Virus record (IMG/VR): IMGVR_UViG_3300032225_000329
Coordinates: 342-64,341 of that record
Reading direction: 5' to 3' (one strand)
Source: a virus
Lineage: Duplodnaviria > Caudoviricetes
Length of the DNA stretch: 64,000 nucleotides
Within the stretch, counting starts at the first letter, position 1. Every line of letters starts with the position of its first letter. Below, piece after piece: positions 1 to 7,497 of the stretch. Below the pieces are notes generated by a model. The model made no database searches, was not told the origin of the DNA, and was given only the letters and a program-made list of their open reading frames with translations. Position numbers and translations under genes: made by a program.

Positions 1-316
1 CTGTTCGTTCTTCAAGCTTCATCCCCAACAAGTCAAGACCGTCAACGTATGTTTGTATCCAATCTTTACGACTAGAGACGTCATCTTCATACGCATCAAT
101 TAACTCGCCAGCTAATAAAGATAGCTCGTTCTCCGGCATGTATTCCGCTAAGTTATCTTCAAACTCATCGTCTTCGCCGCCCGGTTCTATTTGTATTTCT
201 AAATCCCCAGCTCTAAGCGTAACCGCTTCTGGGTCTTCAATCTCAATCTCCAGATCAGGTTCTAGCCCTTGCTCTATGCCTTGTGGGGCAGCATACAAAC
301 TTTTTTCAATGCTCAT
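1..316 (-). CDS. Portal protein, N-terminal part (runs off the window start)
   Basis: Hand translation from ATG at 316: MSIEKSLYAAPQGIEQGLEPDLEIEIEDPEAV...SRKDWIQTYVDGLDLLGMKLEERT, open to position 1, GAGGA SD upstream. It lies downstream of terL and resembles the N-terminus of the portal family whose C-terminal part is at 61991-64000. Confidence 0.85.
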   Translation of the reverse strand, partial: MSIEKSLYAAPQGIEQGLEPDLEIEIEDPEAVTLRAGDLEIQIEPGGEDDEFEDNLAEYMPENELSLLAGELIDAYEDDVSSRKDWIQTYVDGLDLLGMKLEERT

Positions 317-318
317 CT

Positions 319-876
319 TTATTCCTCGTAGTATTTATATGCCCAGCACACAGCGGTATATCTAACGCCACTTGTTACCGGGGTTACACGGTGTTCAGCT
401 TTTGCGTCGAACACAACTATGTCTCCCTTGTTCTTCAGGAGGTTGTCGCTCTTGTCTTTAATCTGTAGCAGCCCGCCTTCAAACTCTAGTGGGTCGTTTA
501 ATAGCATAACTAGCGAAGCACACCGTACCATACCGTTTTCTGGTGGTAACACGTCGTTGTGCCATGTGTAGTGTCCATTTTGGGTGTATCTAACTACCTG
601 AACCACATCGAAGTTGCAAATAGACCCTGACCATTGACCCTTCACGTTGCCGTCTACTAAATAGTTCTTACACACTGACCCCAGCGGGGACATCAAATCT
701 TGCGACACGATACTTGCCCTGCGTAAGTTTTCTTTTAACTCATCACCGGTGTCTTTAAATATAGTGCCTGATTCTGCTACTGACCAATCTATAGAATCCA
801 AGACGTAGTTACAAAAAGCCTTTGGCATTGCTTTCTCGTAATACATACAAGTAAAGTTGCTCATATTAGTTTCCAA
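319..876 (-). CDS. 2OG-Fe(II) oxygenase (prolyl-hydroxylase/PKHD-like)
   Basis: HxD motif (YTWHND), FEGGLL strand, distal His and Arg in AEHRVTPVTSGVRYTAVCW. Confidence 0.85.
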   Translation of the reverse strand: METNMSNFTCMYYEKAMPKAFCNYVLDSIDWSVAESGTIFKDTGDELKENLRRASIVSQDLMSPLGSVCKNYLVDGNVKGQWSGSICNFDVVQVVRYTQNGHYTWHNDVLPPENGMVRCASLVMLLNDPLEFEGGLLQIKDKSDNLLKNKGDIVVFDAKAEHRVTPVTSGVRYTAVCWAYKYYEE

Positions 877-1529
877 TTACCTTCGGTATATTCTTGCGGC
901 ATTTGCACAGAATTAGCACTTGCTAATACAGGAGCGCCCTCTTCTTCCGCGCTTAGTTTGTTTTTAATAAAGTTATAAATAGGTTTATTCTTCGGGTGTT
1001 CTAAAACTTTTTCAGCTTGTTTAACAGTACTAGCGTAATCGCCGCCTGTTTTATCCCATATGGATTTACCCGTGCCATTCCACGCGGTTTCAAATGGAAT
1101 CTTTAATCGGTGAGCAACCTCATTCTTATCCAACACAGCAGCGGCAAACCCCGCTGAATTTCTATCTGCGCCTTGATCTACTAAAGTATCAAATAACTTT
1201 TTAGCCCTTGGGTTGTTATAGTTATATATCCCGTTATATCCAAAATCTTCCCGACCTTCTACAAGAGCCATACTAGCTAGTTTTTCTGCTGGTATAGCTG
1301 GCGCGCCGTACTGTTGTGCTTTCTTATATGTATCAAGAAACTTACCCATATCACCTGCGTGATAGTGCGTAGGCATTGACTCAACGCCTTCTTTTGTTTT
1401 GTGTGTAGGTCTATGTGCAGCTATATAGTCGTTGGGGTACTGCCGCATGTGTTCTTCTTTGCGCTTTTTAATGTCGGCTTCCATCACTAGCGCGGCCTGT
1501 CTTGCGGCTTGTTTCTGTATTTTGTCCAT
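861..1529 (-). CDS. Hypothetical protein, possible remote lysozyme/lytic transglycosylase-like fold
   Basis: IPAEKLASMALVEG, FETAWNG and DYASTV occur in the order of SLT motifs; no clear GLMQ motif. Confidence 0.6.
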   Translation of the reverse strand: MDKIQKQAARQAALVMEADIKKRKEEHMRQYPNDYIAAHRPTHKTKEGVESMPTHYHAGDMGKFLDTYKKAQQYGAPAIPAEKLASMALVEGREDFGYNGIYNYNNPRAKKLFDTLVDQGADRNSAGFAAAVLDKNEVAHRLKIPFETAWNGTGKSIWDKTGGDYASTVKQAEKVLEHPKNKPIYNFIKNKLSAEEEGAPVLASANSVQMPQEYTEGNWKLI

Positions 1530-1536
1530 AATCTAC

Positions 1537-3072
1537 CTAGTAGTAAGCCGCAGTCCAGCGGCGTCTAAATAACTTAATCTCTTCTGGCTCGTCACTTGGC
1601 AGCTTAATAAAGCCCCCCTGCCTAAAGCGCAGTAACGCTAGGGTTGTCGAGTCAACCAAGTCATCGTTCATACCCGACGGAAAGTCATTGCACTCCTCAA
1701 CAACCTCCAACGCCCAACGCTTGTATGGTGCCCACACAATGCCCGAACGGAACAAGTCAGACACCGCGTTAACTCGGCTCACCTTATCTTGCCCTTTGCC
1801 CGGAGTAAACTCCGAGACAGGTATACCCATCCGCCTAAACTCTTGGAACAGCACCGATCCGCTAGACTTTTTCTCAACGATAAACGCGTCAGGTTGCCAC
1901 TCTTTATATTCTTCTAATACTAACTCTTTTAGGTCAGGATACTCTAGTCGTTTCTTAATACTATTTAATAGGATGATAGCGTGGTTTTTAGTCTCCTCGT
2001 TATAGAAGACGCCCCATGTTGTCAACGCATTAAAGTCGGCTCGGTTATTAGCTTCTTGTGCGGCATCTAATGCCATAATGATAAAGTCGCAGTGCGGTGG
2101 GTCATCCTCTTCCCAGACTTTCCACCACTCTTTCTTAATTAGCGCTCCCTCTTCCGACGTTGGCTCTTGCATGTACTGTGCATTCCAGTATCGAATATCC
2201 AGTGATGCCTTTTTCGCCAGCAGCTCTTCAATCGACCAAAATTCGGGCCAGAGAGGTTGTTCTTCTTCGGTAATGGCAGGGAACTGTACGACTTCCCACT
2301 CATCCACTCCCTCAATACGCTCCATTTGCGTAACAATTTGTCCAGTGAGATCAAGTTTGCTCCACCGTGTCATTACTACAATAATTGCGCCGCCCGGCAT
2401 GAGACGTTGGATAGGCCCGCTCTGAAACCATTCCCATGCTGGTAGAAACACTTCAGCTCTTCCGAGCTTGGCATCTTGTTCAGAATGCGGATCGTCAATG
2501 ATGAAAAGGTCAGCGCCGCGACCAGCCAAAGCACCACCCACACCGATGGCGAAATACTCTCCACCAAAGTTAGTACCCCACCTTTGCGCGGATTTTGAGT
2601 CCGCTTGAAGCTCAATCTGCGGAAAAATGTCACGATATGCCTCCGATCCAACTAAATTTCGCACCCTACGACCGAACTGAATAGCCAAATCCGCCGTGTG
2701 CGAAGCCATAATTACCTTCTTATTAGGGTATTTCCCTAAAAACCATGAAGGCGCTAGATAAGATATAAGTTCAGACTTGCCATGACGCGGGGCGATGTTC
2801 ACAATCACCCGTTTTTTCTTGCCCGCAGCTATCTCTTCAAAGATTCTTGCTAACTTATAGTGGTGTGGCCCTACTTTATACCCCGGATATACGTGTTTTA
2901 CAAAGTCTAGGAACGATTCTCGCCCCATTTTCTGCGCTACATCGGACTGATATCGCTTTAAAAGCTCTGCAACACGCCGTTTTTGCTTGTCAGGCATGTT
3001 AGGAAGCGCTTCTTTTAGCTTAAAAATGTCTTCCGAAGTTAAATTACTCACTCTTTGACTCTCTAAACTCAA
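1537..3072 (-). CDS. terL: Terminase large subunit
   Basis: Walker A-like NIAPRHGKS, GRGADLFIIDDPH Walker B region, VVMTRW coupling motif, RNase H-like nuclease (ALDAA...NDDLVDSTT). Confidence 0.96.
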   Translation of the reverse strand: MSLESQRVSNLTSEDIFKLKEALPNMPDKQKRRVAELLKRYQSDVAQKMGRESFLDFVKHVYPGYKVGPHHYKLARIFEEIAAGKKKRVIVNIAPRHGKSELISYLAPSWFLGKYPNKKVIMASHTADLAIQFGRRVRNLVGSEAYRDIFPQIELQADSKSAQRWGTNFGGEYFAIGVGGALAGRGADLFIIDDPHSEQDAKLGRAEVFLPAWEWFQSGPIQRLMPGGAIIVVMTRWSKLDLTGQIVTQMERIEGVDEWEVVQFPAITEEEQPLWPEFWSIEELLAKKASLDIRYWNAQYMQEPTSEEGALIKKEWWKVWEEDDPPHCDFIIMALDAAQEANNRADFNALTTWGVFYNEETKNHAIILLNSIKKRLEYPDLKELVLEEYKEWQPDAFIVEKKSSGSVLFQEFRRMGIPVSEFTPGKGQDKVSRVNAVSDLFRSGIVWAPYKRWALEVVEECNDFPSGMNDDLVDSTTLALLRFRQGGFIKLPSDEPEEIKLFRRRWTAAYY

Positions 3073-3598
3073 CTTCTAGCACTTGTTCTTGTAAAACTTC
3101 TAGGGTTTGTAGCAATTCTTTCTCAACTTCCTCAATAGGTTGCACTTTTACAGTCATTTCTGTACGTTTCTTAAATGCGTCAACGCCATCTACCTCACCT
3201 AATTTAGATATAGCGGCAATCCTTGCCTTGGCGTCTTTAGCGTTTTCTATCTCAGATACCAATTTGTTAACTACGTACAGTTTTAAATCAGATAACTCTT
3301 CTACGATCATGCAGTTCGATTGCGCAACCATGCCTGCTAGATAAGCCATTACCTCATTAGGGTATTTCGCAAACTCCGGGCGGTGTGCCGGGTTCATCAT
3401 CATCTCTTTTGCCACTTGTCGGGCAGTCTCCATGTGTTCTGGAGTTGGTTCTATTGGAATATCGTTTAGGTCAGCCACTAACTTAATAGTGCGCGCCCGC
3501 ATTTCTAGTTCTTCATGCGGCGATAGGTGGGGCATCGCTTCAAAAGCTGAAGCTGGTAGGGGAATATCTTCATCGATGTTTGGGACAATCACATTCAT
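3044..3598 (-). CDS. Putative terminase small subunit
   Basis: 184-aa helical ORF directly upstream of and overlapping terL; first gene after a minus-strand promoter; assignment is positional. Confidence 0.55.
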   Translation of the reverse strand: MNVIVPNIDEDIPLPASAFEAMPHLSPHEELEMRARTIKLVADLNDIPIEPTPEHMETARQVAKEMMMNPAHRPEFAKYPNEVMAYLAGMVAQSNCMIVEELSDLKLYVVNKLVSEIENAKDAKARIAAISKLGEVDGVDAFKKRTEMTVKVQPIEEVEKELLQTLEVLQEQVLEVEFRESKSE

Positions 3599-3629
3599 AT
3601 AAGCGTTCTGTGGCCTATGGAATTTGCCA

Positions 3630-3657
3630 ACTATAACATGAAATATTTATTTTGCAA
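3630..3657 (-). promoter_or_regulatory. Minus-strand (late-type) promoter TTGCAA-N12-ATGTTATAGT
   Basis: -35 TTGCAA, extended -10 TG-T-TATAGT; same architecture recurs at 57324-57351. Confidence 0.65.
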
Positions 3658-3659
3658 TA

Positions 3660-3939
3660 GGGGGTGGTAAGGAAAAAGTAAGGAATCCTACCCGGGGGGT
3701 GTTTGTCCGAAATGTGTATACGTTGTACGGACACAAATTGATAGGGGGGTGGGGTATGAATATATTTAATGATAATGATGTTAAGGTTGAAGGCTAAGTT
3801 TTGTGGAGTTTATACGAGGACAAATAATAATAAATGTAGTCTGGATTTTGGAAAATGGTGGAGTCGTTTGTGCATCTCTTGGGGTAGGGGGCGGGCGATG
3901 GTACCTAATGCCAAAAGGGGGGGTTGGGGGGTCGGGGGG
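3660..3939 (+). other. Non-coding G-tract region between divergent arms
   Basis: Ten runs of 3-7 G on the + strand, e.g. G7-TT-G6-TC-G6 at 3917-3939. Confidence 0.7.
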
Positions 3940-3952
3940 TGCTACCCAAAAC

Positions 3953-3982
3953 TTGATTTTTCTATGGATTATCCGCTATAAC
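3953..3982 (+). promoter_or_regulatory. Early promoter TTGATT-N18-TATAAC
   Basis: Near-duplicate of the promoter at 4890-4919; followed by AAGGAG SD and gene 4035. Confidence 0.7.
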
Positions 3983-4034
3983 ATAATCACTCGATGCAAT
4001 TGTGCACGAGTAAACCTAGAGTAAGGAGTTCGTA

Positions 4035-4505
4035 ATGAACATCAAATCGACCGCCGATATTATCGGCTCTGCTGTTGCTTCACTTGATTCATCTATCCGC
4101 GACGCTAAGGCTAGACGCGCAGCACTTAAGTCTGGTAAGAGTCGTGCCATGTTAGAGAAACTGTTAACGCCACTGCTGTATATCTTAGGCGACTTAGGCA
4201 GTATTCGCATCGACTCTTACCGCACGAGTCCTAGCATCTACATCACCATGTTTGACTTGGACAGTTTGAAACAACGCGAGTTAGTTACTATCCTTGCATA
4301 CCTGCAAGACGAGACTGATAAGCTGAATGGCAAGACGACCAGTGAAGATTGGGCAGCAGCAGTTAACCGAGACTTTAGGTTTGCGACTGACAAGTGGGAA
4401 GTCTCTGTTAGTGCCTATGTTAAGGACAACAGTCCAACGTGCCGCAGAGTAGTAGTTGGTACGAAGATGGTAGAACAAGTGCAGTACGAGATAGCCTGCG
4501 ACTAA
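4035..4505 (+). CDS. Hypothetical early protein
   Basis: 156-aa ORF with AAGGAG SD, first gene after the early promoter. Confidence 0.8.
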   Translation: MNIKSTADIIGSAVASLDSSIRDAKARRAALKSGKSRAMLEKLLTPLLYILGDLGSIRIDSYRTSPSIYITMFDLDSLKQRELVTILAYLQDETDKLNGKTTSEDWAAAVNRDFRFATDKWEVSVSAYVKDNSPTCRRVVVGTKMVEQVQYEIACD

Positions 4506-4510
4506 ACCAA

Positions 4511-4532
4511 ACAGGGAGCTTCGGCTCCCTGT
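4511..4532. other. Intergenic hairpin ACAGGGAGC-TTCG-GCTCCCTGT
   Basis: Perfect 9-bp stem with UUCG loop; no U-tract on the + strand. Confidence 0.7.
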
Positions 4533-4548
4533 CATCAAGGAGAATATT

Positions 4549-4770
4549 ATGCAACAACTAGAACTGTTTGATTCGCCAGTAGTATTTGCAATCCACCATG
4601 ACAGAGATGAGTTAAAAAGATTACGCGAAACTAATTGGTCAGCGTATGAAAGACTGATAAAAGTAAGAAACATAATAAACCGCATGGCATGGTTAGGTAA
4701 GCACGAGGATTTTAGGGCTATGAATCGTTTAAACCATGACCTAGACAAGATGTTAGCCAAACTAAGTTAA
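4549..4770 (+). CDS. Hypothetical early protein
   Basis: 73-aa ORF with AAGGAG SD, followed by a terminator. Confidence 0.75.
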   Translation: MQQLELFDSPVVFAIHHDRDELKRLRETNWSAYERLIKVRNIINRMAWLGKHEDFRAMNRLNHDLDKMLAKLS

Positions 4771-4772
4771 CC

Positions 4773-4796
4773 AAGGAGGCTTCGGCCTCCTTTTTT
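4773..4796 (+). terminator. Intrinsic terminator
   Basis: AAGGAGGC-TTCG-GCCTCC followed by T6. Confidence 0.9.
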
Positions 4797-4886
4797 GTGC
4801 CTATGCGTTTGAAACCAGTTATGTCGTCGCGCGTGCATGGGCGCGCATGGTCAAGCGCGCTGATTAGCGATTCACGTATACGTGAA
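4797..4886 (+). repeat. Conserved post-terminator cassette, copy 1
   Basis: GCCTA, TTTGAAACCAGTT, TGTCnTCGCGCG, AGCGCG and TTCACGTATACGTGAA in the same order as at 5664-5746. Confidence 0.8.
4871..4886. promoter_or_regulatory. 16-bp perfect palindrome TTCACGTATACGTGAA (operator-like)
   Basis: Perfect dyad immediately upstream of the -35 at 4890; recurs at 5731, 6354 and degenerately at 7491. Confidence 0.75.
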
Positions 4887-4889
4887 AAC

Positions 4890-4919
4890 TTGATTTATTG
4901 GCGGATAATCAGCTATAAC
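4890..4919 (+). promoter_or_regulatory. Early promoter TTGATT-N18-TATAAC
   Basis: Shares AAAACTTGATTT-N6-GGATWATCMGCTATAAC with 3949-3982. Confidence 0.7.
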
Positions 4920-4959
4920 TATTCTATCGGATAGATACCGATCTCTTTATTAATTCCAT

Positions 4960-5625
4960 TTGAGGATGACTATCATGTCAAAAGCAAAATCTCTTGCAGT
5001 AGAAATACAGTCCTATAAATCATTATCGGACTTTGGTTATAACGTAGCAAAACGCGCTGATGCTATTCGTGCTGATGGTGCATGGGCATTAGATAATATT
5101 TCAGGCTTTCCAGAGGATATATCCTCAGAATCGCGGGTTGAATTGAATGAGGGTTTTCGTCAACGTGCTAGTGAGTTACCTAAGTACGCCGAGGTTGTTT
5201 ACGGCGTGGTTGACGGTAATGTTATTCCATTGTCGCAGTTATCAGGTGACGCGCCAAAAGAGCAGTTTAAGGTAAATGTTGCAATGGCGTTTTCATACAG
5301 TCAGCAACAAATTGGCGCGATGAAAAGCGAAGACCCTGCTAAGTATAGGGTTATTTATGATCTACGTGATCGCGTCAATAAATACTGTTCTAATCGATTA
5401 GCTGATCTGAAAACAGCAGCTAAGAAAGTATTAAAAGAACGTGATCCAGATTCACAAACCCGCGCAGCTACATTGTCGTTTGGTGAATTCGTAGAGAAAA
5501 CCCTCGATACACTCAAAACCCGATGCAAGTCTGCAGAAGCAAGAGGGAATGACCCAACTGCTAACAGCAAAGCATTAGACGCTGCAATCATAGCCTTCAA
5601 GGTAAAACTTGAAGTAACTAAGTAA
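4960..5625 (+). CDS. Hypothetical early protein (start may be 4975)
   Basis: 221-aa ORF between a promoter and a terminator; GAGGA SD favours ATG at 4975. Confidence 0.8.
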   Translation: MRMTIMSKAKSLAVEIQSYKSLSDFGYNVAKRADAIRADGAWALDNISGFPEDISSESRVELNEGFRQRASELPKYAEVVYGVVDGNVIPLSQLSGDAPKEQFKVNVAMAFSYSQQQIGAMKSEDPAKYRVIYDLRDRVNKYCSNRLADLKTAAKKVLKERDPDSQTRAATLSFGEFVEKTLDTLKTRCKSAEARGNDPTANSKALDAAIIAFKVKLEVTK

Positions 5626-5631
5626 TACCTC

Positions 5632-5663
5632 AAGCCTGACCCGAAAGGGTCAGGCTTTTTTTT
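5632..5663 (+). terminator. Intrinsic terminator
   Basis: AAGCCTGACCC-GAAA-GGGTCAGGC followed by T8. Confidence 0.92.
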
Positions 5664-5746
5664 CGCCTACCGTTTTGAAACCAGTTGTTTGTCCTCGCGC
5701 GCGAGCCAGACCTAGCGCGTTAAATAAGACTTCACGTATGCGTGAA
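5664..5746 (+). repeat. Conserved post-terminator cassette, copy 2
   Basis: Same blocks as 4797-4886, ending in TTCACGTATGCGTGAA at 5731-5746. Confidence 0.8.
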
Positions 5747-5846
5747 TTAACCCATAAATGACAGCCAACGCTGTGCCCAGCCCCGGACTAATTTAATCTG
5801 CCGCATCATCTACCGTTTGTGTAAATGACGTAATTGGGGTAAAAAC

Positions 5847-6242
5847 TGTTCTGGCAACTTTGTTGTTGTTCTGGCTACGGAACAGGAATTTGCCTTTTAA
5901 ATCAACGACTTACAAGTTTGTTCCGGTGTTCTGGTGATTTTAGGGGGTATGGTCAGGAACTACGTTTTTTGCAGGTAGATCGTCTGTCGCGGCAAGTGCA
6001 TCAAAAAACACTCTCAACCAGCCATACCCTTTTTCACTACCAGAACAGAACACTATATATAGTATATAGTTATATAAATAAAAGAAGAAAACCTAGTGTT
6101 TACGCGGCATCTCAGCCATTTCTTATTGTTCCGGCAACATTTAAAAACCAGAACAAACAGCCCCAAACCTACTACATCTAGTAAAAACTTGTTCCGGTTT
6201 TACCCACATCACCAGAACAAAACCATCACCTACCCCAGAACA
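5847..6242. repeat. Iteron-like TGTTCYGG repeats around an AT-rich core (candidate replication origin)
   Basis: TGTTCYGG at 5847, 5867, 5919, 5927, 6127, 6190; reverse complement CCAGAACA at 6040, 6148, 6212, 6235; AT-rich stretch at about 6053-6090. Confidence 0.65.
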
Positions 6243-6261
6243 AAAAAGTCAGATAAAGTGC

Positions 6262-6290
6262 TTGATTAGTATGTCAATTTATAGTATAAT
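6262..6290 (+). promoter_or_regulatory. Sigma70-type promoter TTGATT-N17-TATAAT
   Basis: Consensus -10, 17-nt spacer, upstream of the small-gene operon. Confidence 0.8.
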
Positions 6291-6353
6291 TATAGTGTCG
6301 GTAAGCAATGTATCAAGCCTAACCGACAGATCAGCAAGAAAGTTATTTAACAG

Positions 6354-6369
6354 TTCACGTATACGTGAA
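6354..6369. promoter_or_regulatory. Palindrome TTCACGTATACGTGAA, copy 3
   Basis: Identical to 4871-4886; located in the 5' leader of gene 6392. Confidence 0.75.
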
Positions 6370-6370
6370 T

Positions 6371-6597
6371 CACACAGAAAGGTAGGCAGTCATGAATCAA
6401 GAAAAAATGCAGCAACTACACGAAACCATCGCTAACTTAGTGGCACATCATGGCAGCGGGATTATCACAGACTTAGAGTTCGCCAATGCAGTAAGCGATG
6501 CAGCAAAACCATTGCACAACACAGACTTAACTGGGTTGATCGACGTCAATACCGGATTACGTTATTAAATAACACACCACACAGAAAGGTAGGCAGT
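6371..6597 (+). repeat. 20-nt direct repeat CACACAGAAAGGTAGGCAGT (6371-6390, 6578-6597)
   Basis: Exact repeat, each copy 1-2 nt before an ATG; partial third copy at 9013-9027. Confidence 0.85.
6392..6568 (+). CDS. Small hypothetical protein (58 aa)
   Basis: Hand translated MNQEKMQQLHETIANL...TGLRY, preceded by the repeated leader. Confidence 0.65.
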   Translation: MNQEKMQQLHETIANLVAHHGSGIITDLEFANAVSDAAKPLHNTDLTGLIDVNTGLRY

Positions 6598-6599
6598 AC

Positions 6600-6770
6600 A
6601 TGAAAAACACATACTTGTTCGACACAGGCAGCGCAACGCCTGAATGGAGAAAGCCGAGCAGTTTAGATACGGCTTCAGCGTTGCGTGAATTAAGAAACAT
6701 AGCAACACACAACAAGCGCAGCTTTTCGATGACCAAACTAGAGGAGGTAGTTAAATCATGGGCAAACTAA
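6600..6770 (+). CDS. Small hypothetical protein (56 aa)
   Basis: Hand translated MKNTYLFDTGSATPEW...KSWAN, preceded by the repeated leader. Confidence 0.6.
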   Translation: MKNTYLFDTGSATPEWRKPSSLDTASALRELRNIATHNKRSFSMTKLEEVVKSWAN

Positions 6771-7069
6771 AACAAGCAATGATCGAGGCACAGGAACAGT
6801 TCTTTAGTTTCAATGAGCCACCAAACCTATCAATGGATGAACTAATTAAAGAGGATGTGTTCTTCCGGTATGGCGTAGACATAGACGTGGCACAGCGCGT
6901 TATGACAATGCTAAGAGCATTCCCGCCACCAGAACATTTATACGTGACGCACCCAGAGTTACACGTTGTATGGCTAGATGAGTACATAGAGGATATGGAG
7001 AACAAGCATTGCAGTAAACAGCTTGAGCTTTTCAACGAGGGCAATTCGCCTTGGGTATGGGAGAGATGA
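6758..7069 (+). CDS. Hypothetical protein
   Basis: 103-aa ORF with GAGGAGG SD, coupled to its neighbours. Confidence 0.7.
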   Translation: MGKLKQAMIEAQEQFFSFNEPPNLSMDELIKEDVFFRYGVDIDVAQRVMTMLRAFPPPEHLYVTHPELHVVWLDEYIEDMENKHCSKQLELFNEGNSPWVWER

Positions 7070-7070
7070 C

Positions 7071-7487
7071 ATGGGCTACAGATCGAATGTTACTTGCATC
7101 ATGTACGCGACCAAGCTGAAAGACGAGGCAGATACCGTAGCGGGACAAGCGATAGTAAATGCGTGGGTTAAACAACGCATACCTGACTTCAAAGAACTAA
7201 CTGGATTGGACTTGCACGCTTACTTTGAGTTCGAGGAAGACAAAGCGTTGTTCAACGTCGAAGGTTGGAAATGGTATCCAGACTATCCAGAGGTCAAAGC
7301 GTTGGAGAATATCTTTAAAGAGTTCAGCGAGACGTTTTGCGCGGAACCCGCTTCGGGAAAACAATATGATTGTGCTTATGCCATTGAGTTCATGCGGTTT
7401 GGTGAAGACTACACAGACATTGAGATAAAGATGAATGGCAACGCGCAGTACAGACTAGAGTTATACCGAAACATTACCCTTGATTAG
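7071..7487 (+). CDS. Hypothetical phage protein (MGYRSNV... start)
   Basis: ORF track 7023-7487; ATG at 7071 follows the stop of the upstream gene. Confidence 0.75.
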   Translation: MGYRSNVTCIMYATKLKDEADTVAGQAIVNAWVKQRIPDFKELTGLDLHAYFEFEEDKALFNVEGWKWYPDYPEVKALENIFKEFSETFCAEPASGKQYDCAYAIEFMRFGEDYTDIEIKMNGNAQYRLELYRNITLD

Positions 7488-7497
7488 GAGTTCACGT

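Noticed and set aside
5847-6242. Short repeats as a CRISPR array
   Set aside because: The units are only 8 bp, in both orientations and irregularly spaced, with no constant repeat-spacer period.
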